Positions 28,128-38,972 of a stretch of 64,000 nucleotides of DNA are shown piece by piece. Within the stretch, counting starts at the first letter, position 1; each line of letters opens with the position of its first letter. The DNA comes from Candidatus Deferrimicrobiaceae bacterium. Its GTDB lineage: Bacteria > Desulfobacterota > Deferrimicrobia > Deferrimicrobiales > Deferrimicrobiaceae. Position numbers and translations under genes: made by a program. Below the pieces are notes generated by a model, which had not been told where the DNA came from, ran no database searches, and worked only from the letters and a program-made list of their open reading frames with translations. The stretch lies in the NCBI GenBank assembly GCA_963792415.1, contig CAWBVY010000001.1, positions 62,025 to 126,024 of the forward strand. The letters are read 5' to 3'.

Positions 28128-29795
28128 CTATTTTGCGGGCGCTCGTTTATCTCCGAAGGCGGCGCGGGTGCGGCGGGAGCGGTGGAAGGTGATCGCGAAG
28201 CGGTGGGCCTCGTCGCGGACGCGCATCAGCAGGTGCAGCACCGGGTCGTTGGGCGGGAGGTGGAGCGGGTTTTTCCGCCCGGGCAGGAACACCCGTTCCC
28301 TGAAGACCTTCTCGCCGCCGCGGACGCGCTCCTTCGCGAGGGAAAGGAGAGGGATCTCCTCCCTGCCGGCGGCCCGCATCGCCGCCGCCGCCGCGGAGAG
28401 CTGCCCCTTCCCCCCGTCGACCAGGACGAGGTCCGGCATCCCGCCGAAGTCCTCGTCGTGGGCGAACCGGCGGCCGACCACCTCTTCCATCATCGCGAAG
28501 TCGTCCGGGCCGACCACCCCGCGCACGGAGAATTTCCGGTACCACTTCTTCGCGGGCTTGCCGCCGAGGAACGCGACCATCGACCCCACCGCTTCCGTCC
28601 CCGAGAGGTTCGAGATGTCGTACCCCTCGATCCGCGCCGGCGGACCCGGCAGCGAAAAGAGGGCCGCCATCCGCCCCGCCACGCGGTCGTACGCCTCCTC
28701 CTTCTCGCGGCGCATCCGCGCTCCTTCCGCGGCGTTCCGGCGGGCGAGATCCGCGAGCCGGAACCGCTCCCCCCGCAGGGGAACGCGCACCGCGACGGGC
28801 CGACCCGCACGCTCGGAGAGCGCGGCGGAGAGCGCCGCGCGGTCGGTCACCGGGAACGGGAGGAGGATCTCGCCGGGAAAGAACGCATCCTCCCCATAAT
28901 GGTGCAGCAGGAAGGAGACGATCGCCTCCTCCTCCGGTCCCTCCCACCGGAAGTGCCGCTGGTGCGCGTCTTCAATGCGCCCGTTCCGCACATAGAGAAC
29001 GGCCGCCGTCACAGCGGGCCCGACGCGATGCCAGCCGACGGCGTCGACGTCCCCCCCGACGGTCCGGACGACGCGCTGGCGCGCCAGGGTCTTCGAGACG
29101 ACGGCGATCCGGTCCCGGACCTTCGCGGCCTCCTCGAACCGCATCCCCAAGGAGAGCGCATTCATCTCCGTTTTCCATCGGGCAAGGAGTCCGCGGTACT
29201 CGCCCCGGAGGAATCGCACCGCGTCGTCGACGACGGGGAGGTACCGCTCCCTCGTGACCAGGCCGGCGCACGCGCCGAGGCACCTTCCCATCTGGTGGTT
29301 GAGACAGGGCCGCGTGCGGGAGGCGAATTTCCGCCGCGTGCAGGAGCAGAGCGGGAAAAGGCGGAGCAGTTCCCGCATCGTTTCCCGGATCCCCCGCGCC
29401 GAGGAGTACGGGCCGAAATACGTCGCCCCGTCCCGCGCCGCCCTGCGGACCAGCTCGGGGCGCGGGAACGCCTCGTTCCGGTCGATCCGGAGGAGCAGGT
29501 ACTCCTTGTCGTCGCGAAAGAAGATGTTGAAGGGCGGGCGGTGCCGCTTGATGAGGGTGTTCTCGAGGAGGAGGGCCTCCTTCTCCGTGGCGGTTACGAT
29601 GCACCGGATCTCCCGGACCCTTGCGACGAGGTTCGGGATGGCCGGCCGCCCGTCCCCGCCCGGAACCGAATAGTTCCGGACGCGGGCCCGGAGGTCCTTC
29701 GCCTTCCCCACGTACAGCACCTTCCCCCGGCCGTCGCCCATGATGTAGACGCCGGGGGAGCGCGGGAACGTCTTCCAGTCCGACGGGATCCCCAT
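28128..29795 (-). CDS. uvrC: Excinuclease ABC subunit C lacking the C-terminal (HhH)2 domain
   Basis: GIY-YIG (GVYIMGDGRGKVLYVGKAKDL), the UvrBC motif and the RNase H-like endonuclease domain are present. The protein ends at …DEAHRFAITFHRSRR…. Only 49 nt separate it from comEC, so there is no room for a helix-hairpin-helix domain. Confidence 0.85.
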   Translation of the reverse strand: MGIPSDWKTFPRSPGVYIMGDGRGKVLYVGKAKDLRARVRNYSVPGGDGRPAIPNLVARVREIRCIVTATEKEALLLENTLIKRHRPPFNIFFRDDKEYLLLRIDRNEAFPRPELVRRAARDGATYFGPYSSARGIRETMRELLRLFPLCSCTRRKFASRTRPCLNHQMGRCLGACAGLVTRERYLPVVDDAVRFLRGEYRGLLARWKTEMNALSLGMRFEEAAKVRDRIAVVSKTLARQRVVRTVGGDVDAVGWHRVGPAVTAAVLYVRNGRIEDAHQRHFRWEGPEEEAIVSFLLHHYGEDAFFPGEILLPFPVTDRAALSAALSERAGRPVAVRVPLRGERFRLADLARRNAAEGARMRREKEEAYDRVAGRMAALFSLPGPPARIEGYDISNLSGTEAVGSMVAFLGGKPAKKWYRKFSVRGVVGPDDFAMMEEVVGRRFAHDEDFGGMPDLVLVDGGKGQLSAAAAAMRAAGREEIPLLSLAKERVRGGEKVFRERVFLPGRKNPLHLPPNDPVLHLLMRVRDEAHRFAITFHRSRRTRAAFGDKRAPAK

Positions 29796-29798
29796 CGC

Positions 29799-31787
29799 TC
29801 AGCGGGTTGACAGCTCCGCCTTCTCCAGGGCGAGAAGGCGGTCGCGCAGGTCCGCCGCGCGTTCGAAGTCGAGTTTTTTCGCCGCCCGCTCCATCTCCTT
29901 CCGGATCTTCCGAAGGAGTTTCGCGAGCTCTTCCCGCGAGGAGAAGCCCGGCTCCCCGACGGACGGGGTCACGTAATCCGCCTCGCACGCCTGCCCGATC
30001 GGATCCGCGATCATCTTCCGGATCGTCTCGGGGGTGATCCCGTGCTCCCGGTTGTACGCCACCTGCCGCTCCCTCCGCCGGCCCGTCTCCGACATCGCCT
30101 CCCGCATCGACCCGGTCTCCCGGTCCGCGTACAGGATGACCCTTCCGGACACGTTGCGCGCGGCGCGGCCGAACGTCTGCACGAGCGACCGGGCGGAGCG
30201 GAGAAAACCTTCCTTGTCGGCGTCCAGGATCGCCACCAGGCAGACCTCCGGCAGGTCGAGCCCCTCCCGGAGCAGGTTGATGCCGACGAGGACGTCGAAC
30301 GTCCCGAGCCGGAGGTCCCGCAGGATCTCGACCCGCTCCATGGTGTCGATGTCGGAATGGAGGTAGCGCACCCGCACGCCCTGCCCCTCGTAATGCTCCG
30401 TGAGATCTTCGGCCATTCGCTTGGTGAGGGTCGTGACCAGGACCCTCCCCCCGGCGGCGGCGCTTTTCCGGATCTCCCCGAGAAGATCGTCCACCTGCGT
30501 CCGCGCGGGGCGGACCTCGATCTCGGGGTCGACGAGCCCCGTGGGGCGGATGATCTGCTCCACCACCGCACCGACGCTCTCCCGCAGTTCGTACTCGGCG
30601 GGAGTCGCCGAGACGAAGATCACCTGCCCCACCCGGCCGTTGAACTCCTCGAACCGGAGCGGCCGGTTGTCGAGCGCGGAGGGGAGCCGGAACCCGAAAT
30701 CCACCAGCGTCTGTTTCCGGGACCGGTCGCCGTTGTACATCCCGTTCAGCTGGGGGACGGTAACGTGGGACTCGTCGAGGAAGGTGACGAACCCCTTCGG
30801 GAAGTAGTCGAGGAGCGTGTACGGCGGCTGGCCGGGGGCGCGCCCGTCGAGGTGGCGGGAGTAGTTCTCGATGCCGGAGCAGAACCCCATCTGGGAGATC
30901 ATCTCCAGGTCGTAGGTGGTCCTCTGCTTCAGCCGCTCCGCCTCGAGCGGCTTCCCCTGCGCGTGAAGCTCCGCGAGCCGCCCTTCCAGCTCCTCCCCGA
31001 TCCCGTGGACCGCCCGCTCGAGCTGATCCTCCGGCGTCACGTAGTGGCTGGCCGGGAAGATGACCGTTCCCCTCAACTCCCGGATCCGCGTACCCCGGAG
31101 GGGGTCCACGTGAAGGATCCGGGCGATCCGGTCCTCGTCGTACTCGATCCGAAGGACCTTCTCCTCCTCGTACGCGGGGAACAACTCGACCGCGTCTCCG
31201 CGGACGCGCAACGTTCCGCGGTGGAAGTCCACGTCGTTTCGCTCGTACTGCAGGTCGATCAGGCGGCGCAGGAGCGCGTTCCGGGGGAACTCCGCGCCGA
31301 CCTCGACGCGGACGGTCATCCGCCCGTAATACTCCGGGGAGCCGAGGCCGTAGATGCACGACACGGAGGCGATCACGATCACGTCGCCGCGGGTCATCAC
31401 CGATCTCGTGGCGCTGTGCCGCATCTTGTCGATCTGCTCGTTGATCGAGGAGTCCTTGTCGATGTAGGTGTCCGTGTGCGGGAGGTACGCCTCGGGCTGG
31501 TAGTAGTCGTAGTAGGAGACGAAATACTCGACCGCGTTTTCGGGGAAGAGGGATTTGAACTCGGAGTAGAGCTGCGCGGCGAGCGTCTTGTTCGGGGCGA
31601 TCACGAGCGCGGGCCGGTCGACGGCGGCGATGACGGAGGCCATCGTGTACGTCTTCCCCGACCCGGTCACGCCGAGCAGGACCTGGCGCGCAAGCCCGTG
31701 GGCGAGCCCCTCGGAGATCTCGCGGATCGCCCCCGGCTGGTCCCCCGCGGGGGCGAACGGCGCCGCAAGCTGGAACGTGGAACTCAA
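29799..31787 (-). CDS. uvrB: Excinuclease ABC subunit B
   Basis: 662 aa with helicase motifs GVTGSGKT and DESH. TTG start directly after the cysS stop. Confidence 0.9.
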   Translation of the reverse strand: MSSTFQLAAPFAPAGDQPGAIREISEGLAHGLARQVLLGVTGSGKTYTMASVIAAVDRPALVIAPNKTLAAQLYSEFKSLFPENAVEYFVSYYDYYQPEAYLPHTDTYIDKDSSINEQIDKMRHSATRSVMTRGDVIVIASVSCIYGLGSPEYYGRMTVRVEVGAEFPRNALLRRLIDLQYERNDVDFHRGTLRVRGDAVELFPAYEEEKVLRIEYDEDRIARILHVDPLRGTRIRELRGTVIFPASHYVTPEDQLERAVHGIGEELEGRLAELHAQGKPLEAERLKQRTTYDLEMISQMGFCSGIENYSRHLDGRAPGQPPYTLLDYFPKGFVTFLDESHVTVPQLNGMYNGDRSRKQTLVDFGFRLPSALDNRPLRFEEFNGRVGQVIFVSATPAEYELRESVGAVVEQIIRPTGLVDPEIEVRPARTQVDDLLGEIRKSAAAGGRVLVTTLTKRMAEDLTEHYEGQGVRVRYLHSDIDTMERVEILRDLRLGTFDVLVGINLLREGLDLPEVCLVAILDADKEGFLRSARSLVQTFGRAARNVSGRVILYADRETGSMREAMSETGRRRERQVAYNREHGITPETIRKMIADPIGQACEADYVTPSVGEPGFSSREELAKLLRKIRKEMERAAKKLDFERAADLRDRLLALEKAELSTR

Positions 31788-31788
31788 G

Positions 31789-33233
<1,445 letters not shown>

Positions 33234-33237
<4 letters not shown>

Positions 33238-34424
33238 CCCTCCGCACCTCCGCCGTTTTCCGGGCGCGACCCCCGGAGCAGGGCCACCGCCCAGGCGGAG
33301 ATCCCTTCCCCGCGCCCCTCGAACCCCATCCCTTCCGTGGTCTTCCCCTTGACGCTCACGCACTCCTCCGGCACCGACAGGATCCCGGCGATGGAGGAGC
33401 GAAGCGCGTCCGCCAGCGGGGCGATCCGCGGAGTCTCGCAGACCACGACGGCATCGAGCCCGAGGAGGCCGAACCCCCCGGACGCCATCCTCCCCCGGGC
33501 GTGCGCGAGGATCGTGCGGCTCGAGATCCCGAGGGTCTCCTCCCGGCCGGGCGGAAAATGGAACCCGATGTCCCTGTCGCCCATCGCCCCGTAGATCGCG
33601 TCGGCCACGGCGTGCAGGAGAACGTCCCCGTCGGAATGGCCGAGGAGCCCCGTCGGGTGGTCGACCCGCACCCCCCCCAGCCACAGTTCCCTCCCGGGAA
33701 CGAGACGGTGGGCGTCCCCCCCGAGCCCGACCCGGAAATCCGGATCCCCGGACACGAACCCCGCCGCCATCCGGAGGTCCTCGGGAAGCGTGATCTTGAG
33801 GTTCGCCTCCTCCCCGGGAAGGGCGACGACCGGATGGCCGGCCGCCTCGACGAGGGAGGCGTCGTCGGTCCCGGCGCGCCCCTCGCGCGCGGCGAGGGCG
33901 TACGCCTCCCGGAGGATTTCGGCGCGGAACCCCTGCGGGGTCTGGGCGCGGAGGAACTCGGACCGGTCCCGCGTGACGAGGGTGCCGGCCGCCTCGTCCC
34001 ACGTCTTCACCGTGTCGCGGACGGGGATCACGGGGACCGCCGCCCCGTGCAGGAGGGCCTGTTCCGCGCACCGGTCGAAGAGGCCGGGGGTCGCGAACGG
34101 CCGGACCGCGTCGTGCACGAGGAGGATCGATGCTTCCTTCGGCACGGCGGCGAGGGCGTTGCGGACCGAGTCGTGGCGTTCCGCCCCCCCCTTGACCACC
34201 GCGATCACCTTCGGGAACCGGCGGTACGCCTCGCCCGTTTCGGGAGCGGCGTCGGCGGGGAGGGCGAGGACGATCGCGTCGACGCTGGGGGCGGCGGAAA
34301 CCGAGGAGAGCGTCCGGTCCAGGAGGGACCGGCCGCCGACGGAGAGAAACTGCTTCGGCACGGCGGAACCCATCCGGCGCCCCGTTCCGCCAGCGACGAC
34401 GATGACCACCGTACCGACCAACAC
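33234..34424 (-). CDS. ispDF: Bifunctional 2-C-methyl-D-erythritol 4-phosphate cytidylyltransferase / 2-C-methyl-D-erythritol 2,4-cyclodiphosphate synthase
   Basis: IspD N-half (VAGGTGRRMG…) fused to an IspF C-half (…HSDGDVLLHAVADAI…). Confidence 0.9.
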
Positions 34425-34509
34425 GCCTCCGGAATGGATCGGGAACCGACCGATCCCGGGGAATCGGGTCCGCGACAGTTAGTGAGGAACCGCGAAGAAG
34501 CCCGTCGCC

Positions 34510-34998
34510 CTAAAGGTTCAGGAACTTGCGAAGATCCGCCTCGACGACCGCCTCCGTGACGGATTTCGCGATGGAAATCTCCTTCACGAGCAGGGAACGC
34601 GCCGAGTCCAGCATCTTCCGCTCGCCGAAGGAGAGGGCCTTCCCGTTTTTCAGGAGGAGAAGGTTGCGCAGCACCTCGGCGATGTCGAACGGGGAGCCGG
34701 ACTTGAGCTTTTCCATGTACATCCGGTACCGCCGGTTCCACGGCTTCGGCTCGAGCTCCACCTCGCGTTCCTTCAGGATCTTGTAGACGGAGCGGACCGC
34801 CGAGGCGTCCATGATCGCCCGAAGGCCGACCTGCTCGGCGTTGCCCATCGGGATCATGATGGTGATCCCCGTGTCGAGGATCCTCAGGACGTAAAACGAC
34901 TCCTTCTTGCCGTCGTTGAAGCACTTCGTCTCGATCTTTTCGACGATTCCGACCCCGTGTGCGGGGTATACTGCCATATCCCCTGCCTTGAAATCCAC
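34510..34998 (-). CDS. cdnL: CarD/CdnL-family RNA polymerase-binding transcription regulator
   Basis: 162 aa from GTG 34996-34998 (VDFKAGDMAVYPAHGVGIVEKIE…) with a GGAGG RBS. The table's ATG (MRKYP…) lies inside the promoter spacer and is rejected. Confidence 0.8.
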   Translation of the reverse strand: MDFKAGDMAVYPAHGVGIVEKIETKCFNDGKKESFYVLRILDTGITIMIPMGNAEQVGLRAIMDASAVRSVYKILKEREVELEPKPWNRRYRMYMEKLKSGSPFDIAEVLRNLLLLKNGKALSFGERKMLDSARSLLVKEISIAKSVTEAVVEADLRKFLNL

Positions 34999-35050
34999 GC
35001 GGACCTCCAGAGGATTCTTGCCGACGAGCAGGATCCCTTTTTTTCGGTGT

Positions 35051-35079
35051 ATTATAGGGTATTTTCGCATTAACGTCAA
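35051..35079 (-). promoter_or_regulatory. Strong sigma70-type promoter for cdnL.
   Basis: On the minus strand: TTGACG, then 17 nt (TTAATGCGAAAATACCC), then TATAAT. The predicted transcription start is near 35043, giving an about 45-nt leader to the cdnL GTG. Confidence 0.7.
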
Positions 35080-35094
35080 CGCGAGGCATCCTCG

Positions 35095-36162
35095 ATGCAA
35101 TCGACCGTCTGGTTCACCGATCTTTCCGCGCGCCCGGGGAACAGCCTGATCGACAAGACGGGGGCGCTCCTGCGGGCGGCCGGGATCCGGGAGCGGATCG
35201 GACGGGGCGCCCTGACCGCCGTCAAGCTCCACTTCGGGGAGAAGGGGAACACCGCCTTCCTCCGCCCGATCTTCGTCCGCAAGGTCGTCGAGGAGATCGC
35301 CGCCGCCGGGGGCAGGCCGTTCCTGACCGACACGAACACGCTGTATGTCGGCACCCGGAGCAACGCGGTCGATCACCTGAACACCGCGATTACAAACGGA
35401 TTTGCCTGGGCCGTGGCGGGGGCGCCCCTCGTCGTGGCGGACGGGCTCCGCGGGGAAAGCGCCGTCCGGGTGCCGATCGCGGGGAGGATCTTCCGCGAGG
35501 TTTCGATCGGGGCCGAAATCGTTCACGCGGACGCGCTGGTCGTGGTCACCCATTTCAAGGGGCACGAACTCTCCGGGTTCGGGGGTACGCTGAAAAACCT
35601 CGGGATGGGTTGCGCGGCGCGCTCCGGAAAGCTTTCCCAGCACTCCTCGGTGTCGCCCGCCGTCGATCCCTCGGGGTGCACGGGGTGCGGGACCTGCGTC
35701 GCCCACTGCCCGTCGGGAGCGATCGTCGTCATGGAAACGAAGGCGGCGATCTCGCAGGAATCGTGCATCGGGTGCGCGGACTGCATCGTCGTCTGCCCCG
35801 AGGGGACGGTGAACGTGGACTGGAACGAGGCGTCCTCGACGGTACAGGAAAAGATGGCCGAGCACGCGCTCGGGGCCGTCTCTGGGAAGCGGTCGTCTTC
35901 CCTGTTCCTCTCCTTCGTCACCCAGGTCTCCCCGTATTGCGACTGCTACGGCCACAACGACCGCCCGGTCGCGCCCGACGTCGGGATTCTCGCTTCCGAC
36001 GATCCCGTGGCGCTCGACCAGGCGTGCGTCGATCTCGTCATCAAGGCGTCGGGGATCGACCCGTTCCGGGCGACGCACCCCTCCGTGGACTGGTCCATCC
36101 AGCTTTCCCGCGCGGAGGAACTGGGCCTGGGAACCCGCGACTACCGGCTGGAGTCCCTGTGA
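35095..36162 (+). CDS. DUF362-domain protein with an inserted 2x[4Fe-4S] ferredoxin module
   Basis: 355 aa. A DUF362 fold with CTGCGTCVAHCP and CIGCADCIVVCP ferredoxin motifs plus extra Cys (CDCYGH). Confidence 0.75.
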   Translation: MQSTVWFTDLSARPGNSLIDKTGALLRAAGIRERIGRGALTAVKLHFGEKGNTAFLRPIFVRKVVEEIAAAGGRPFLTDTNTLYVGTRSNAVDHLNTAITNGFAWAVAGAPLVVADGLRGESAVRVPIAGRIFREVSIGAEIVHADALVVVTHFKGHELSGFGGTLKNLGMGCAARSGKLSQHSSVSPAVDPSGCTGCGTCVAHCPSGAIVVMETKAAISQESCIGCADCIVVCPEGTVNVDWNEASSTVQEKMAEHALGAVSGKRSSSLFLSFVTQVSPYCDCYGHNDRPVAPDVGILASDDPVALDQACVDLVIKASGIDPFRATHPSVDWSIQLSRAEELGLGTRDYRLESL

Positions 36163-36956
36163 CCCCGGAACGGAAGCTGTACGCCGGGATCGACATCGGT
36201 TCCCTCTCCACCGACGTGGTCCTGCTCGACGGGAACCTTGAAGTCGTCGGATCGGCCATCACCGCCACCGGCGCCTCCACGCGGAAAGCCGCCCGGGAGG
36301 CGCTCGACGCGGCCCTCCGGGCCGGAGGGGCGGCGGAGCGGGAGATCGCCTTCACCGTCGCGACGGGGTACGGAAGGGAATCGGTGGAGGGGGCCGACCT
36401 CCGCGTCACGGAGATCACGTGCCACGCCCGGGGGGCGCGGCGACTCTTCCCCGACGCGCGCACGGTCCTCGACATCGGCGGGCAGGACAGCAAGGTGATC
36501 CGGCTGGGTCCGGACGGAAAAGTCGCCGACTTCGCCATGAACGACAAGTGCGCCGCGGGGACCGGGAGGTTCCTCGAGGTGATGGCCAGGACGCTCGAGA
36601 TGGACCTGGAACGGATGGGAGAGCGCTCCCTCCTCGCCACCCGGTCGCTCACCGTGAGCTCCACCTGCACGGTCTTCGCCGAATCGGAGGTCGTTTCCCT
36701 CATCGCTTCGGGAGCCGCGCCGGAGGAGATCGCCTGGGGGGTGCACCTCGCGATCTCGGAGCGGATCGCCGCCCTCGCGGAGCGGCCCGGGATGGCTCCC
36801 CCCGCGGTCCTGACCGGCGGCGTTGCGAAGAACCCGGGGGCGCGCAAGGCGCTCGAGGACCGGTTCGGGATCCGCTTCCTCGTGCCGGACGAGCCGCAGC
36901 TCACCGGCGCGCTGGGCGCGGCGCTGATCGCCTTCGAGCGCGCCGCGGCCCTCTAG
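36159..36956 (+). CDS. BadF/BadG/BcrA/BcrD-type ATPase (HgdC-like CoA-substrate-specific enzyme activase)
   Basis: 265 aa from GTG 36159-36161, overlapping the DUF362 stop (GTGA). Acetate/sugar-kinase fold (LYAGIDIGSLSTD…) with the cluster-bridging Cys region (MNDKCAAGTGRFLE). Confidence 0.75.
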   Translation: MTPERKLYAGIDIGSLSTDVVLLDGNLEVVGSAITATGASTRKAAREALDAALRAGGAAEREIAFTVATGYGRESVEGADLRVTEITCHARGARRLFPDARTVLDIGGQDSKVIRLGPDGKVADFAMNDKCAAGTGRFLEVMARTLEMDLERMGERSLLATRSLTVSSTCTVFAESEVVSLIASGAAPEEIAWGVHLAISERIAALAERPGMAPPAVLTGGVAKNPGARKALEDRFGIRFLVPDEPQLTGALGAALIAFERAAAL

Positions 36957-38128
36957 GCCCGGGAGCGTTCCTCGCGCAGGATCGCGAAGAATCGGTCGAT
37001 CTCCTCGGGGGTGTTGTAGAAGTGCGGGGAGACGCGGATCCCCTTGGCCCGGTGGGAGCAGACCGCCTTCCGGTTCAGGAGGGCCCTCCAGAGGGCGGCG
37101 TTGTCCGCCTCCGGAACGCGGAACGTGACGATCCCCGACCGCTCCTCGGGGTGGTCGGGGGAAACCAGCAGGCACCCCTCCTCCCCCACCCGTTCGCGGA
37201 TCCGCTCCGTGAGGCGGCGCACCCGCTCCCAGATCCGGTCCACCCCGAGCGACAGCAGCAGCTCGAGCGAGGCGTTGAACGCCGACAGGCCGACCGTGTT
37301 CATGCTTCCCGGCTCGTACCGCCGGGCGTCGGGGGAAAGGCGGAAGTCGTAATTCTCGAAGTCGAACCGGTTCTTCACGGAGTGCCACCCGAGGATCACC
37401 GGCTCGACCATCTCCATGACGTCCCGGGAGATGTAGAAGCCGCCGATCCCCTCCGGCGACAGAAGCCATTTGTGGCCGTCCGCGGAGAGGGCGTCGATGC
37501 CGAAGGACTTCACGTCCATCGGGAGGACACCCAGGGACTGGATCGCATCCACACAGAAGAAGATGCCGTGCCTCTGGCAATACTCCCCGATACCCGCCAG
37601 GTCGTTCCGGTATCCGTTCGAAAATTCCACGGACGAGAGGGTGATCAGGCGGGTCTTCCCGTCGCACGCGTCGAACAGGTCCTCCTTGCGCACCCTCCCC
37701 TCGCGCGCGGGGACCATCCGGACCTCCACGTTGCGCGTCCGGAGCCGGAGCCAGGGATACACGTTGGAGGGGTACTCGACGTTCGACGTGACCAGGTTGT
37801 CCCCTTCCTTCCAGGGGAAACCGGCGGCGATGAAGGAAAGCCCCTCGGAGGTGTTCTTCACGAAGGCGATCTCGTCCGGTGAGGCGCCGACGATCCGCGC
37901 GAACCGGCCCCGCGTCTCGTTCGCCAGCTCCTCCCATTTCCGGAGGCGGAAGGCGCCCTCGTCCCGGGCGAGCTGCAGCATGTGGATCCCCGCCTCGGCG
38001 GAGCTCGCCGGGATGGGCGATACGCCCGCGTGGTTGAAGTACAGGAAATCTCCGGTGACCGGAAACTCCGCGGCCCGGATCGGCTCGACATCGATCGGCA
38101 AAGTGTCCCCCCAGGCCGGCCTTTTCAA
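36953..38128 (-). CDS. Class-V aminotransferase / cysteine desulfurase-like PLP enzyme; start uncertain.
   Basis: PLP fold with SADGHKWLLSPEGIGGFY (Lys-PLP region). The N-terminus …LPIDVEPIRAAEFP… is typical of SufS/IscS-like enzymes. Candidate TTG starts at 38128 or 38101. Confidence 0.7.
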   Translation of the reverse strand: MKRPAWGDTLPIDVEPIRAAEFPVTGDFLYFNHAGVSPIPASSAEAGIHMLQLARDEGAFRLRKWEELANETRGRFARIVGASPDEIAFVKNTSEGLSFIAAGFPWKEGDNLVTSNVEYPSNVYPWLRLRTRNVEVRMVPAREGRVRKEDLFDACDGKTRLITLSSVEFSNGYRNDLAGIGEYCQRHGIFFCVDAIQSLGVLPMDVKSFGIDALSADGHKWLLSPEGIGGFYISRDVMEMVEPVILGWHSVKNRFDFENYDFRLSPDARRYEPGSMNTVGLSAFNASLELLLSLGVDRIWERVRRLTERIRERVGEEGCLLVSPDHPEERSGIVTFRVPEADNAALWRALLNRKAVCSHRAKGIRVSPHFYNTPEEIDRFFAILREERSRA

Positions 38129-38159
38129 GGCCGGTCCGGTTATACGGTATAATATTTCG

Positions 38160-38972
38160 ATGGTTTGGTCAGGCGAAAACACATTGCGGTACAGCCGGAA
38201 CATCCTCGTCGAGGAACTGGGAGAGGCCGGACAGGAGCGGCTCTTCGCGTCGTCCGTGCTCGTCGTGGGCGCCGGGGGGCTGGGGTCCCCCGCCCTTCTC
38301 TACCTCGCCGCCGCGGGGATCGGACGGATCGGGGTGATCGACGACGACCGGGTGGACATCTCCAACTTCAACCGCCAGGTGATCCACCGGTCCGACGCCG
38401 TGGGCCAGTGGAAGACCGCCTCGGCGGCCGCGGCGCTGCGGACGTTCCGGACGGACCTGACGGTCGACGCCTACCCGGAGGCGCTCACCGCGGCGAACGC
38501 CGCCGCGCTGTTCCGGAAATACGACGCCGTCGTGGACGGCAGCGACAACTTCCCGACGAAGTACCTGTGCAACGACGCGGCGGTGGTGACCGGCCGACCG
38601 CTCGTGCACGCCGGGGTCCTGCGGTTCGGCGGCCAGATGCTCACGGTCGTCCCCGGCGCGGGACCTTGCCTGCGGTGCGTGATCCCACGGATCCCGTCGC
38701 GGAAGGACTCCCCCGGGTGCGCCGAGGCCGGCATCGTCGGCGCGGCCGCGGGCGTCGTCGGCGCGTGGCAGGCGATGGAGGCGATCAAGCTGCTCTCGTT
38801 CGCCGCACCGTCGCCGGCGGGGAAATTGCTGACCATCGACACGCTTTCGAACGAGGTGTCGTGCCTCACGGTCGTCCGCGACCGGTCGTGCCCCGCGTGC
38901 GGGGAAGATCCCCGGATCACGGAGCCGCTGTCCGACGCCGAATACGATCCCGAACGGAGTTGCGCCGTATGA
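38160..38972 (+). CDS. ThiF/MoeB-family E1-like adenylyltransferase; probably MoeB, given the adjacent mogA.
   Basis: 270 aa with the GAGGLGS nucleotide loop and a C-terminal CxxC…CxxC zinc motif. ATG at 38160, with TATAAT immediately upstream (38148-38153). Confidence 0.8.
   Translation: MVWSGENTLRYSRNILVEELGEAGQERLFASSVLVVGAGGLGSPALLYLAAAGIGRIGVIDDDRVDISNFNRQVIHRSDAVGQWKTASAAAALRTFRTDLTVDAYPEALTAANAAALFRKYDAVVDGSDNFPTKYLCNDAAVVTGRPLVHAGVLRFGGQMLTVVPGAGPCLRCVIPRIPSRKDSPGCAEAGIVGAAAGVVGAWQAMEAIKLLSFAAPSPAGKLLTIDTLSNEVSCLTVVRDRSCPACGEDPRITEPLSDAEYDPERSCAV

Noticed and set aside
25817-28192. 791-aa plus-strand ORF antisense to comEC; similarly 30042-32150 and 31588-33594 antisense to uvrB and cysS.
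   Set aside because: Antisense artefacts with R-rich composition.
34999-35090. ATG at 35088-35090 (MRKYPIIHRKKG…) as the cdnL start, per the ORF table.
   Set aside because: That ATG lies inside the -35/-10 spacer of the promoter. A GTG at 34998 with a GGAGG RBS gives the canonical CdnL N-terminus.
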